Source of the DNA: an uncultured delta proteobacterium
GTDB taxonomy: Bacteria > Myxococcota > Myxococcia > Myxococcales > Myxococcaceae
DNA: 64,000 nt
Assembly: GCA_963713045.1 (NCBI GenBank)
Contig: CAVQKE010000004.1
Location: 704,001 to 768,000, forward strand
Reading direction: 5' to 3'
The position numbers and the translations under genes were made by a program. Below are positions 31,434 to 41,689 of the stretch, piece by piece. The notes below the pieces were generated by a model. The model saw only the letters and a list, made by a program, of their open reading frames with translations. It made no database searches and was not told the DNA's origin. Positions within the stretch are counted from its first letter, which is position 1. The number at the start of each line of letters is the position of its first letter.

Positions 31434-32162
31434 TCACGGCGCCGCACCAAGGTAGGGGGATTGCTTGAAGGCCTGCTCGATGCCGGAAGCGACATTGGAC
31501 GGGCTGACGCCGTAGGCAGTCAGTACGCCATTGAGCGCGCCGCCCCAGACAGCATTAATGACACCACCATCGGGGATGGACCCATCCGCTTGGGGCGTCA
31601 CCATGGTGATGACCAGGGTGCCGATGTTGTAGCTGTACGTGTACGTCGGCCCCCACGGGTAGTAATAGCCCCAACCGCCCCAGGGATAGTACGGGTAATA
31701 CCCACCCCAATAGCCATACCAGGGGTACGTTACCCAAGCGGTGTAGCTTTGGTTGAGAGCGCCAATCGTGACGACAAAACTCGGCGCGGCCTGACCAATT
31801 CCGGTCGCAGGGTCCATCAGCTGGTACCCGAGGTCGTTCAATTGATTGACGACAGTGCTGCAGATGGTGCTCGGAAGACTCGCGCTAAAGCCAGAGTCCG
31901 GTTGAAAAAACATGCCACCGTCCGCCAAGTTTTCAATCGCGCAGTTTTGAGGATTGGCGACCGTCGCTCCCGGAATGGAATACGTGCTGAGCGACTGAAA
32001 GTTGAAGGCGGTGTCATACGCGGTGGTGACCGTGCTGTATTGGCTGACGCTGGTCACGCCACTTGGGTAGCAAGCGCTGGCAATCGCCAGCAGCGCCACG
32101 AGCCAGGGAAGTCCGCGCATCACCACGGCCCTTCTGGGCGCGACTGCGGGTTTCGGTTCCAT
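31434..32162 (-). CDS. DUF4136-like lipoprotein
   Basis: Lipobox ASAC, NFQSLSTY, Tyr/Trp/Gly-rich loop, YSYNIGTLVITM, QAFKQSPYL; GGAGG upstream. Confidence 0.8.
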   Translation of the reverse strand: MEPKPAVAPRRAVVMRGLPWLVALLAIASACYPSGVTSVSQYSTVTTAYDTAFNFQSLSTYSIPGATVANPQNCAIENLADGGMFFQPDSGFSASLPSTICSTVVNQLNDLGYQLMDPATGIGQAAPSFVVTIGALNQSYTAWVTYPWYGYWGGYYPYYPWGGWGYYYPWGPTYTYSYNIGTLVITMVTPQADGSIPDGGVINAVWGGALNGVLTAYGVSPSNVASGIEQAFKQSPYLGAAP

Positions 32163-32254
32163 ATCCCTCCCAACGCGACTTGAGGAATGCCTGTGAAATA
32201 CCTTGCCAGCCCACACTGTCGTTGACAACCCCGCTGCCCAGTGCCCGTTGGGAC

Positions 32255-32848
32255 TTATTGCGTCTTCGATTTGCCGCCCTTTTCGCCCGCCTGCTTGACT
32301 GTTCCTTTGTTCAGCCGAGCAATCAGTCCATCCATGCCCTCCTTCTTGATGATTCGGCCGAAGCTGGACCGGTAGTTGTCCACTGTTGAAACGTCGTCGA
32401 TGACGATGTCGACGATGCGCCAGTCCGAGCCTGCCCGTTGCATCACGTAGTCAATATGGGTGGGCTCGCCTTTGATGGTGACTTCTGTGGGAACCTTGAC
32501 ATCGCCCTCCTGCGTAACCTCCGGAAAGTACTTCACCTGTGTGGCGCGGTAGTCCTCGCTGAACTGGTCGGCGGTGGCTTTGCGAAAGCGCTGTTTGAAG
32601 GCATCCAGAAACCGCTTCCGCTGGGCAGGTGTGGCCTCCTCCCAGTTTTTCCCAAGCGCCGAGCGCGCCACCCCTTCGAGGTCGATGGCGCGGGTGAGAA
32701 TGTTTTCGAGCTTTTGGCGGGTCGCTGGCGTCAGCTCTGTTCCCTTCGGTGGCAGCACCGCGCGAACCTCGGCATCCCTGGCCTTGAGGGCCTCGGTCGC
32801 AGTCGGCTCCACCGCAGCGAGCGTCAGGGTGAGCAGCAGAATGTGCAC
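32255..32848 (-). CDS. MlaC/Ttg2D/HpnM family periplasmic lipid-binding protein
   Basis: ARSALGKNW, WRIVDIVIDDVSTVDNYRSSF, GMDGLIARL. Confidence 0.9.
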   Translation of the reverse strand: MHILLLTLTLAAVEPTATEALKARDAEVRAVLPPKGTELTPATRQKLENILTRAIDLEGVARSALGKNWEEATPAQRKRFLDAFKQRFRKATADQFSEDYRATQVKYFPEVTQEGDVKVPTEVTIKGEPTHIDYVMQRAGSDWRIVDIVIDDVSTVDNYRSSFGRIIKKEGMDGLIARLNKGTVKQAGEKGGKSKTQ

Positions 32849-33095
32849 AGGGCCTCCGCCCCAAGGTGGGCGCTTTTCGACGTCGGGCCCGCGCCGCTGA
32901 ATTCACGGAGCTCCCAGCGTCAGTCGGGGCGGGGGCCTAACACTGGGGCAACCCTTTTGGGGCGAAATCCGTTGTCGGTGCAACGACCGGGCAAGCACCA
33001 GACGCCGGACATCGCCACCCTCCGCACGCGTTGACTCTCCTGGTGAAGTCGCTATGTGCTGGCGGCCGCCGCGGTGGGTGACACTCGCGCAACAC

Positions 33096-33869
33096 ATGAG
33101 GGCAAACCTTCCCAGCTTGGTCGCTCTAGCCATGCTCGCGGGCGCCTTCGTTGTGGCCTTTGGAGCTTTCGCACTGAAGACGGCACGGACTGGGCTCCCC
33201 CACTCCAAACGCGTGCTGCAGCACGGGAGGACATCCCGGTTAGGCACCTACTTCATGGAATACGGGCTGTGGGTGTTCAGGCCGGCGGTGCGTGCCTGCG
33301 TCCGCATCGGCGTTCGACCCGACAGCCTGTCCTGGGCGTCGCTCGTGCTCCAACTGGGAGCAGGCGCGGCCATCGCGGCCGGCTGGTTCGGCTTGGGAGG
33401 CTGGGCCCTCGTTCTGGGGGCCAGCTGCGATTCGCTCGATGGCGGCGTGGCTCGAGCGCAGGGGCTGGCCTCTGACGCAGGTGAAGTGCTGGACGCCGCG
33501 GTCGACCGCTGGGGCGAAATGGCGGTGTTTTTCGGGCTCGCGTACTACTACCGCAGCGACGCGGTGGGCTTCTTCCTCGCCGCCGCGGCCTGCGCGGGCG
33601 CGGTGATGGTGTCGTATGTCCGCGCAAAGGGCGAGGCGATGGGTGTGGCGGCGCACATGGGCTTGATGCAGCGGCATGAGCGTGCGGCCTACCTCGGCGT
33701 GTCGACCGTGCTGTCACCCCTCGTCGCTTGGTGGTGGGAGCCGTTCGCGTTGCACCCGCGCTATCCCCTCGTTCTGGCCGCGCTGGCACTGATTGCTGTC
33801 CTCGCCAACGCCACCGCCATCCAACGGACGGCCTTCATTCGCTCAGAATTGCGAAAGCGTGGCCGCTGA
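33096..33869 (+). CDS. CDP-alcohol phosphatidyltransferase (phosphatidylinositol-phosphate synthase-like)
   Basis: CDSLDGGVARAQGLASDAGEVLDAAVDR signature; MVSYVRAKGE; GLMQRHER. Confidence 0.92.
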   Translation: MRANLPSLVALAMLAGAFVVAFGAFALKTARTGLPHSKRVLQHGRTSRLGTYFMEYGLWVFRPAVRACVRIGVRPDSLSWASLVLQLGAGAAIAAGWFGLGGWALVLGASCDSLDGGVARAQGLASDAGEVLDAAVDRWGEMAVFFGLAYYYRSDAVGFFLAAAACAGAVMVSYVRAKGEAMGVAAHMGLMQRHERAAYLGVSTVLSPLVAWWWEPFALHPRYPLVLAALALIAVLANATAIQRTAFIRSELRKRGR

Positions 33870-33876
33870 GGGGCTG

Positions 33877-34314
33877 GTGAGCGGCCCTTCCCGAGGGGCC
33901 GCGGCCCACCGCGCAGCGCGCCTGCGTGAGGGGTGGCACTTCTTGGCATCCCAAGCTTCAGCGTTGGTGGCCTCGGGACTTGACTTGGCGCTCATGGAAG
34001 GCCTCATTCTCCTCGGGACGCCGTACGGGTGGGCCATCCTGGCGGGCCACCTCGCTGGTGGCATCAGTGACTTCGCGGCCAAGCGCCATCTCATTTTCCG
34101 CACCCGACGCCGCCGGCCGGTTCCTCAGGCGCTCCGCTACGTCCTCACTTGGGCGACTTCCCTGTTGCTCAACCTCGGCCTCGCCAAGCTGTTGGTCGAG
34201 CGTTTCGGCCTGGGCCCAGCGGGCGCAGCGCTTGCCGCTGCCGTGTCAGTCGGCTTGGCCTGGAATTACCCCCTGCACCGGCTATACGTCTTCGCTACCT
34301 CTCGCGCCGGGTAA
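33877..34314 (+). CDS. GtrA family small membrane protein
   Basis: Four hydrophobic segments, ASGLD, WNYPLHRLYVF; start approximate. Confidence 0.8.
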   Translation: MSGPSRGAAAHRAARLREGWHFLASQASALVASGLDLALMEGLILLGTPYGWAILAGHLAGGISDFAAKRHLIFRTRRRRPVPQALRYVLTWATSLLLNLGLAKLLVERFGLGPAGAALAAAVSVGLAWNYPLHRLYVFATSRAG

Positions 34315-34317
34315 CGC

Positions 34318-35661
34318 ATGCCCAAAGTCTTCCTAAAGACCGAGATTCCGGGCCCTCTGAGTCGTGCCCTCGTGGCGCGTGAAGCGGAGCACCTCGCCCC
34401 TGGACTTCAAAGCTTTGCGCTGCTGGCTGGAGTCGCCCTGGACCATGGAGTTGGCAGCCACGTCACCGACGTCGACGGGAACACCTACGTCGACCTCATC
34501 GGCGGCATTGGCGTCAACTCCCTGGGGCACTCCCACCCGGCCTACGTCCGGGCCCTGACCGCCCAAGCGCAGAAGCTGACCGTGGGCAGCTTCACCAGCG
34601 CGCCGCGCGCGGACTTGATGGACACGGTGACCGCACTGGCGCCGGCGGGCCTCGACCGACTGCAGCTGTATTCAGGAGGAGCCGAAGCGGTGGAGTCAGC
34701 GCTGAGGCTGGCTCGTGCGAAGACCGGGCGCTTGGACGTGGTTTCGTTCTGGGGTGGCTTCCACGGAAAGACGGCGGGAGCCATGTCGCTCATGGGCAGC
34801 GAAGCCAAGCACGGCTTTGCGCCGCTGCTCCCACACACGACGTCCATTCCCTATGCCGACTGCTACCGTTGCCCGTTCGGCCTGCAATATGGAAGTTGTG
34901 GCATCGCCTGTGCGGAGTTTGCGCGGAAGGCGCTGCGGGCCCAACCCCAGGGGCCGGTCGCCGCAGTGCTCGCCGAGCCGATGCAGGGGACGGCAGGCAA
35001 TGTCATCCCGCCCCCAGAATTTTTGCCCGCAGTGGCCGAAGCAGCGCACGAGGTGGGAGCGCTCTTCGTCGCCGACGAGATGATTACCGGCTTCGGACGC
35101 ACCGGCCGAGTCTGGGGTCTGGACCACACGCCAGCAGTCACGGCCGACCTTTTGACGCTGGGCAAGGGCTTCGGCTCCGGTTTTCCAGTGAGTGGCGTCC
35201 TGGCGCGCACCGACATCGCCAACACGCCCCCGTGGAGCAAGCCCTCTGGAGGCTCCAGCAGCTATGGCGGTAACCCGCTCGCTGCGGCGGTCGCCCTGGC
35301 ATCCGTCTCCACCATCCAGCGCGAGCGCCTCTGGGAAAATGCTGAACGGGTCGGCCACTTGATGTTGGGGCGTCTGCAGAAGATGCGCGAGCAGTACCCC
35401 TTCGTTGGCGACGTCCGGGGCAAGGGGCTGCTGCTCGGCATTGAGATGGTACGCGACCGCAAAACCAAGGAGCCCCTGCTGGCGAGCGTGATGAAGGAAG
35501 TTTACCTGTCCGGAGTCCGTCGCGGACTTCTCGCGATGACGCACTCGCCGCACATCCGACTTCAACCCGCGCTGACCCTCGACGAGGCCGCCGCCGAGGA
35601 AGGCCTTGGACTCCTGGACGAGGTCTTCCGCGAACTCGAGCGGAGCGGCCATTGGCGGTGA
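34318..35661 (+). CDS. Class III PLP-dependent aminotransferase
   Basis: DVDGNTYVD, LGHSHP, GAEAVE, GFHGKT, ADEMITGFGRTG, LGKGFGSG, YGGNP. Confidence 0.93.
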   Translation: MPKVFLKTEIPGPLSRALVAREAEHLAPGLQSFALLAGVALDHGVGSHVTDVDGNTYVDLIGGIGVNSLGHSHPAYVRALTAQAQKLTVGSFTSAPRADLMDTVTALAPAGLDRLQLYSGGAEAVESALRLARAKTGRLDVVSFWGGFHGKTAGAMSLMGSEAKHGFAPLLPHTTSIPYADCYRCPFGLQYGSCGIACAEFARKALRAQPQGPVAAVLAEPMQGTAGNVIPPPEFLPAVAEAAHEVGALFVADEMITGFGRTGRVWGLDHTPAVTADLLTLGKGFGSGFPVSGVLARTDIANTPPWSKPSGGSSSYGGNPLAAAVALASVSTIQRERLWENAERVGHLMLGRLQKMREQYPFVGDVRGKGLLLGIEMVRDRKTKEPLLASVMKEVYLSGVRRGLLAMTHSPHIRLQPALTLDEAAAEEGLGLLDEVFRELERSGHWR

Positions 35662-36797
35662 ATCCCGGGGAGGTGCCCCTTTCACGAAGACTCCCGTCAG
35701 ACCGTCGGCTGCGGGGGGCGGTCGTCGGCTACGGGTTCATCGCCGCCGAGGGCCACGTCCCCGCGTACCTGGAACGCGCCAGGCGGCTACAAGATGTTGA
35801 GGTTGTCGCCGTGGCCGACATCTGCGCAGCTCGGTTGAGTGCCGCTCGGGCCGCGCTCCCCGAGGCACGCCTCTATGCAACTGCTGAAGCGCTCCTCTCC
35901 CAGGAAGCAGCCGAACTGGACTTTGTCGACATCTCCACCCCGCCATGCGCGCACGCCGCCCTCGCACATCGCGCGCTGGACGCAGGCCTACATGTGCTGT
36001 GTGAAAAGCCGCTGGCCACCACCGTGGCCGACGCCCGTTCTCTTCTCAAGCATGCTCGCCGGGCGCAGCGGGTCGTGTTCCCGTGCCACAACTACCAGCA
36101 TGCGCCAGTGGTGAAGGCCGTCCGTCAAGTCCTCGCCTCAGGGGCAATTGGCCGGGTTCGCAGTGTCAGCTTGAGCACGTTTCGCACCACGCACGCCAAA
36201 GGGGTGCCCGAATGGAGGACGGACTGGCGCCGGGAGCGCCGGTACTCGGGTGGCGGCATCACCATGGACCACGGGAGCCATAGCTTTTACCTGGCCTTCG
36301 AGTGGATGGGCGGCCACCCCGAGGCGGTGACCGCGAAGCTGTCCACCCTCGACGCCGCAGGCTGGGACACCGAGGACAACGTCAGCCTGGTGCTCAGCTT
36401 TCCCAACGGCCTCGCCCAGGCGCACCTCAGCTGGACCGCTGGCGTGCGCAAGGTGCTTTATGCGCTGCAGGGAGAACGAGGAGCCGTCACCATCGACGAC
36501 GACAACCTGGAGGTGGCTGTCATGGACCCAAGGCAGGCTCCGGGCCAAACGGCCGTCCGCTGGGAAACCGAACGGAAACGAGTCTCCTCGGACTGGACGG
36601 ATGCAAGCCACGTGTCGTGGTTCAACTCTCTTTTCGAGCAGTTCCGCGGGGCCATTCACGCCGGCATTTGGGTGGGGAAGGAAGCCCAGGACGCCTTGGC
36701 TTGCGTTCAAGTCATCGACGCTGCCTACCGCTCCGCGGCCAGTCGCTGTCGCGAAACCCCCCTGGACACCGGCGACCCGAGAGAGGACACCCGGTGA
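35658..36797 (+). CDS. Gfo/Idh/MocA family oxidoreductase
   Basis: GYGFIA, ISTPPCAH, HVLCEKP, GGGITMDHGSH; GTGA overlaps at both ends. Confidence 0.92.
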   Translation: MNPGEVPLSRRLPSDRRLRGAVVGYGFIAAEGHVPAYLERARRLQDVEVVAVADICAARLSAARAALPEARLYATAEALLSQEAAELDFVDISTPPCAHAALAHRALDAGLHVLCEKPLATTVADARSLLKHARRAQRVVFPCHNYQHAPVVKAVRQVLASGAIGRVRSVSLSTFRTTHAKGVPEWRTDWRRERRYSGGGITMDHGSHSFYLAFEWMGGHPEAVTAKLSTLDAAGWDTEDNVSLVLSFPNGLAQAHLSWTAGVRKVLYALQGERGAVTIDDDNLEVAVMDPRQAPGQTAVRWETERKRVSSDWTDASHVSWFNSLFEQFRGAIHAGIWVGKEAQDALACVQVIDAAYRSAASRCRETPLDTGDPREDTR

Positions 36798-39283
36798 ACG
36801 GCGTCGAGTCACTCGGCCGCCGCTTTGTCCCCTGGCTCATCCATCGGCGGCGGGCCATCCTCGGCGCCGCAGCGCTGCTGCTCTTGGCGAGCGGCTTCTT
36901 TGCCGCCAAGCTGTACGCGAATCTCCGCAGCGACCTCGAGGAGCTGCTGCCGGCCAACGCGCCGAGCGTGCTGGCCGCGAAGAGCATCGGCCCCAAGCTC
37001 AATCCGGTCAACAACCTCTACTTAGTGCTCGAGGGTAGTCATCCCGAAGCGCTCCAGCGCTTCGCGGATGCACTGGCGGCCCGCCTGCGCGCATTGGGCC
37101 CGGACCTGGTGGAGGCGGTGACTTACCGGACCGACGAAGAAGAAGCTTTCCTGCGGCAGTTCGGCGCCTTCTACTTGAACGAGCAGGATTTGCGCACCCT
37201 TCTCGCCCGCATCAATGCTCGGGTGGCCTGGGAGAAACGTCAGCGAAACCCCGTACTCCACTTGCTGGAAGACGAGGATGACTCGGCACGCAGTCCTCCA
37301 CCACTCGACTTTTCGGACCTGGAGGCCAAATACGGGCTTCAGAGTCGGGACCAGTTTCGCGACGGTTACTACCAGACTCCGGACGGCCGCCTGCTTGCCC
37401 TGTTGGTGGCGCCCTCGGGGAAGGTCCACGGCTTCGTCTCAAGCAAGCGTTTCGTTGAACGCATTCGCTCCGAAGTCCAAGCGCTCAACCCCTCTCACTA
37501 CGACCCCAGCCTCCGGGTCGGCTTCACCGGGGAGGTGGAGACTCCGCTCGAAGAGCAGCAGTCGCTCATCTCGGACCTCACGGTGTCGACGGCAATGGTT
37601 CTTGTTTTTGTCCTGACGGCGCTCTTCCTATTCTTCCGCCGTTGGGCGCCCGTTCTCGCCCTCACCACGGTGCTGGGCGTCGGCACTGCCGCTACGTTCG
37701 GACTCAGCTGGTTTCTCATCGGCTATCTCAATGCCAACACTGCGTTTCTGGGCTCCATCGTCCTGGGCAACGGCATCAACGTTGCCATCATCTTCGTCGC
37801 CCGCTACTGCGAAGAACGGAGCCAGAGTCTGCGCGTTGAAGACGCGCTGCGACTCGCCTGGTCTGGCTCGCTTGCCGCAACGTTCGTCGCATCCTTCGCC
37901 GCCGGGCTGGCCTATCTGTCTTTAGCGGCAACGGACTTTCGGGGTTTCAGCCAATTCGGAGTCATCGGTGGCTTGGGGATGGCGCTCAATTGGCTCGCCG
38001 CGTTCGTGTTGCTGCCCCCACTCATCGCGACCTTGGAAACCTGGCGAGCTGGAAGCTTTCTCCCGAAACGCCCGGGCCATCCCGGGGGCGTCTTCGCCGC
38101 CGACTTCGTCGAGCGCCACGGTGCCGCCATTCGCACTGCGTCGGTACTGCTGCTCGGCGCTTCGGTGCTGGCGGTCCTCGCCTACCGAGGCCCGCTGTTG
38201 GAGTACGAAGTGGCTCGCGTCCGCTCGCAGAGGAGCCTCGAGTCAGGCGCTACCTATTGGTCCTTCAAACTCGACGAGATTTTCCGTACCTACCTGAGCC
38301 CGATGGTTCTCCGGGCGGACACGCCCGGCGACTTGGAGAGCACGCTGCGAGTGCTCGCACGCAACCGGGCCAAGCTGGGCCCTGCTGACCCGGTTCGCGA
38401 AATCCGCACCCTCCAGAGCGCCCTTCCAGAGAAGGCCGCCGACAAACTGGCCTTGGTGGTCCAGCTTCGGGAAGCGCTGAGTGATGCGCGGCTTCAGCAA
38501 CTCCCTTCTGCCATGCGCTCCGGCGCGCAGCGGCTGCGGCCGCCGGAGCAGGTCCGGGCGCCAACCTTCGCTGACCTGCCGCACTCTCTCCGCCGTGCCT
38601 TGGCGGAAAAGGACGGCTCCACCGGACGCATCGCACTTCTCTTCCCGCGCAAGGTGGGAGTGCTGGGGGCCGATGAACTGGAAGCCATCCGCGAGCTTCT
38701 GCACACCTCCTCCGTCGAGAGCGGTGGGTCGACTCAAGCGCTCGCGCAGCCCTTGCTGGTCGCCGACATCAACGCTGCCATCCTCCGTGACGGCCCGCGC
38801 GCGACGGCGCTGGCGCTGGCCGCGGTGTGCGCCTTGGTGGCGTTGGTGTTCCGGCGACTCGGCCCGACACTGCTCACCTGTGGGAGCCTCCTCCTGGGGG
38901 TGGCCTGGCTGGTCGGGTTGGCGGCGGCAGCCCAGCTGCGGGTCAACTTCCTCAACTTTGTGGTCTTGCCAATCACCTTCGGCATTGGTGTCGACTACGC
39001 AGTCAACATCGTTCAGCGTTACCGTCTAGCTGGCACGGGAGCCATGCACCGCGTCGTTCGGGAAACGGGAGCAGCGGTGGCACTCTGTTCGGCCACCACC
39101 GTCATCGGCTACTCCTCGCTCCTTTTCGCCGACAACCGGGCCCTGCGTGGTTTCGGGCTGCTCGCCTCGTTGGGCGAGTTGTGCTGCCTCAGCGCAGCGC
39201 TTTTCGCGCTCCCGGCGTGGGTGGGCTGGCGACAGGCGACTCCCGTTCGCAACGCGCCCGACGCCCAATCATCCTCCTTCTGA
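36794..39283 (+). CDS. MMPL/RND family lipid transporter 1
   Basis: Two TM bundles with periplasmic loops; GNGIN, FRGFSQFG, PITFGIGVDY, TTVIGY. Confidence 0.92.
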   Translation: MNGVESLGRRFVPWLIHRRRAILGAAALLLLASGFFAAKLYANLRSDLEELLPANAPSVLAAKSIGPKLNPVNNLYLVLEGSHPEALQRFADALAARLRALGPDLVEAVTYRTDEEEAFLRQFGAFYLNEQDLRTLLARINARVAWEKRQRNPVLHLLEDEDDSARSPPPLDFSDLEAKYGLQSRDQFRDGYYQTPDGRLLALLVAPSGKVHGFVSSKRFVERIRSEVQALNPSHYDPSLRVGFTGEVETPLEEQQSLISDLTVSTAMVLVFVLTALFLFFRRWAPVLALTTVLGVGTAATFGLSWFLIGYLNANTAFLGSIVLGNGINVAIIFVARYCEERSQSLRVEDALRLAWSGSLAATFVASFAAGLAYLSLAATDFRGFSQFGVIGGLGMALNWLAAFVLLPPLIATLETWRAGSFLPKRPGHPGGVFAADFVERHGAAIRTASVLLLGASVLAVLAYRGPLLEYEVARVRSQRSLESGATYWSFKLDEIFRTYLSPMVLRADTPGDLESTLRVLARNRAKLGPADPVREIRTLQSALPEKAADKLALVVQLREALSDARLQQLPSAMRSGAQRLRPPEQVRAPTFADLPHSLRRALAEKDGSTGRIALLFPRKVGVLGADELEAIRELLHTSSVESGGSTQALAQPLLVADINAAILRDGPRATALALAAVCALVALVFRRLGPTLLTCGSLLLGVAWLVGLAAAAQLRVNFLNFVVLPITFGIGVDYAVNIVQRYRLAGTGAMHRVVRETGAAVALCSATTVIGYSSLLFADNRALRGFGLLASLGELCCLSAALFALPAWVGWRQATPVRNAPDAQSSSF

Positions 39284-39547
39284 CGTCCGGCCGAGCGCGC
39301 CAGCTGAGCGGTTGAAATGGGCGGGAGGGTACCGCCGGCAAAATGGACGGCCAGTGTCCTGAGCGGCCCGCGCGCCTGGGCGAGCGACGAGGAGCATCGG
39401 CTGGACATGCTTCACCTCCGGTGCCCTGCCGTGCGACTCTCGCCTAACCCCTGCTGCCCGCGTCCTAGCCTTAACGCACAGGAGTGTTGCGAGGGTGTCA
39501 CGCGTCCGGAAATCGCCACACCCCATCAGGTGCGCTCGGCGGCCGAA

Positions 39548-40111
39548 ATGTCCGAAGGCCCGGCGTTGCTCGGCTGCCTCGTGGCTCTTGCCGCACTAGC
39601 GGCCTTCTGCGTTGTCCGCCATGCACCAACCCTCGCTCGGGCACACCGGCCTGCAGCCGTCGTCCTGACTCCACCGCCGCCAGCTGCGCTTCCCGCGCAA
39701 CTCGACTCACCCCGGGCACCTTCCCCCCTCACCACCCTTCGGGTTCAGGCGGAATTGGACCGCTTGCTTGCGTCCGGGCGCGTCGAATTCGAGAAGGGAA
39801 GCGCCCGGCTACAGGCCGACGCTTCCCCACTCCTCGACGCCATCGCCGCGCAACTCGCTACTGCCCCCGAGCTGGAGGTCGAGGTGGAAGCACATACCGA
39901 CGCGCAGGGGGACGCGGCGGCCGACCGGCAGTTGAGCCAACGACGGGCACAGACGGTGAAGGCCTATCTCACCAGCAAAGGCATTGCCCCGGAGAGAATT
40001 CATACTCTCGGCTCCGGTTCGGCTCGACCTCTTGTCCGCGCCCGGACGGTCGAAGCCAACCAGCTCAACCGCCGGATTGAGTTCCGCGTCTTTCTCCCAG
40101 GGAGTCGGTAA
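39548..40111 (+). CDS. OmpA-like peptidoglycan-binding domain protein
   Basis: N-terminal hydrophobic segment, HTDAQG, LSQRRA, NRRIEF. Confidence 0.88.
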   Translation: MSEGPALLGCLVALAALAAFCVVRHAPTLARAHRPAAVVLTPPPPAALPAQLDSPRAPSPLTTLRVQAELDRLLASGRVEFEKGSARLQADASPLLDAIAAQLATAPELEVEVEAHTDAQGDAAADRQLSQRRAQTVKAYLTSKGIAPERIHTLGSGSARPLVRARTVEANQLNRRIEFRVFLPGSR

Positions 40112-41133
40112 TGGCCGACGTGGTACGCGAAATCCTCCTGTGCCTATTTTTTTCGGCGCTGCTCGGCGTCGCGATTGGCTGGCTCGCACGCGGGCTTCGA
40201 GTTCGGCGCCTGGTGAGCGCGGCGGCCGCGGAGTCGCGCCGAGCCCTGAAAGCTGCCCGAGCCGACCTGCACGCCTCGGAGCTTGCCCTGACGGAGGAGC
40301 AGCGCAGCCGCAGTGAGTTGCAAGCCGCTGCGGGGTCGGCGCGCGATGAGGTCGAGAAGCTCCGTGGGGAACTTCGAGCGACCGCCTTGGCCCGAGACGC
40401 TGCCCGGCATGACACCAATGGAACGCGTGAGCAGCTTCTCAAGCTTGCCGACGAGTTGAAGAGTGCCGAAGCGGCACGTCTGGCGGCAGAGCAAGACCTG
40501 GACAGCCTCCAGGCGGCCACTGCCAAAGTCCGGGCGCGGGCCGAGGAAGCCGAGCGGGAACGCGACGCCCTCCAGGGACAGCGCGCCCCCAATCAGGCAG
40601 CCGACGCGACGCGACAGCACCTGGACACGCTCCGAGCGACCCTCCAGGCCGCCGAGGGCGGTTGGGACGCCGCGCGCGCGCAGGCGGCAGCAGCGCAGCA
40701 AGAGTTGGCGGCCACTCGCCGACAACTTGCCGAGTCCGAGGTGGACCGCCAGGCCCTGGCCGCAAGACTCGTCGAGGCGCAGGTCGTCCTCGCCGAGCTG
40801 CGTGCAAGGCTCGACCCACCGCCCGCGTCCGAGGCACCCGGTACCAGGAAGGGGTCGCCCTCTCTTCCTTCATCTGATGGAGCCTCTGCGCCCAAGTCTC
40901 GCCCGAAGCCGCTCCGAGATGACCTTCAGCAGATTCATGGCATCGGCCCAGTTCTCGAGCGGACACTTCACCGGCGAGGCATTTACCGTTACGCGCAAAT
41001 CGCGAGCTGGACCCCCGAAGACATCCTCGCCATCAGCAAGCGGTCGCCTGGCTTCCACGAGAGAATTGTGCGAGACGAATGGGCTGCAGCTGCTCGCAAG
41101 CTGCACATCGCCAAATACGGGTCTCCCCCGTAA
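40111..41133 (+). CDS. Membrane-anchored coiled-coil protein with C-terminal helix-hairpin-helix domain
   Basis: TM, Ala/Glu/Arg heptads, DDLQQIHGIGPVLERTL..GIYRYAQIASW; TAATG overlap. Confidence 0.8.
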   Translation: MADVVREILLCLFFSALLGVAIGWLARGLRVRRLVSAAAAESRRALKAARADLHASELALTEEQRSRSELQAAAGSARDEVEKLRGELRATALARDAARHDTNGTREQLLKLADELKSAEAARLAAEQDLDSLQAATAKVRARAEEAERERDALQGQRAPNQAADATRQHLDTLRATLQAAEGGWDAARAQAAAAQQELAATRRQLAESEVDRQALAARLVEAQVVLAELRARLDPPPASEAPGTRKGSPSLPSSDGASAPKSRPKPLRDDLQQIHGIGPVLERTLHRRGIYRYAQIASWTPEDILAISKRSPGFHERIVRDEWAAAARKLHIAKYGSPP

Positions 41134-41167
41134 TCACCCCCGCCTAGTGGGGGGCCTCGGAGGCACG

Positions 41168-41689
41168 ATGGACCTCATCGGCACGCTTTCTTCGCAGCTG
41201 GGAATGACGCCGGACCAGGCCAAGGGCCTCGCAGGGGGCCTGCTCGGCGTGGTCAACGGTGCTGTCCACCATGGGGCTGGCCCGGGCGCGGCCGGCCAGC
41301 TTCAAGCGGCCATCCCCGAAATAACCAATTGGCTGCAGACCGCGGCAGCCCACCAAGGCGTCTCCGTCCCCGCCGGCGGCAGTGGAGACCTCCTCGGGAT
41401 GCTCGGTTCGATGCTCGGCGGCGCACCAGGGGCGACCAACCTCGGCGCGCAGCTGCAGGGGAGCGGCGCCGTCGCCGCAATGACGACGGTCCTCACGAAG
41501 TATGGCGTCAAGCCAGAGCAGATGGCCGCTGTCGCTCCTGCCCTCAATCAGTTTCTCCAGCACCGGATGGGGCCCGGTGCACAGTCCATCCTCGGGCAGG
41601 TGTTGCCCATGCTGACCGGCGCTGCCCAAGCCCAGGCTGGGGCGGGGGGCATCGCGGGCATGCTGGGTGGCTTGTTCGGAAAGAAGTAG
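41168..41689 (+). CDS. Gly-rich protein, DUF2780-like
   Basis: MDLIGTLSSQLGMTPDQAKGLAGGLLG; GGAGG upstream. Confidence 0.75.
   Translation: MDLIGTLSSQLGMTPDQAKGLAGGLLGVVNGAVHHGAGPGAAGQLQAAIPEITNWLQTAAAHQGVSVPAGGSGDLLGMLGSMLGGAPGATNLGAQLQGSGAVAAMTTVLTKYGVKPEQMAAVAPALNQFLQHRMGPGAQSILGQVLPMLTGAAQAQAGAGGIAGMLGGLFGKK

Noticed and set aside
36302..36793. Long N-terminal extensions in the ORF track (also 10408, 28986, 40463, 52842 and the menA/menF extensions)
   Set aside because: They overlap real upstream genes; coupled starts or starts with an RBS lie downstream
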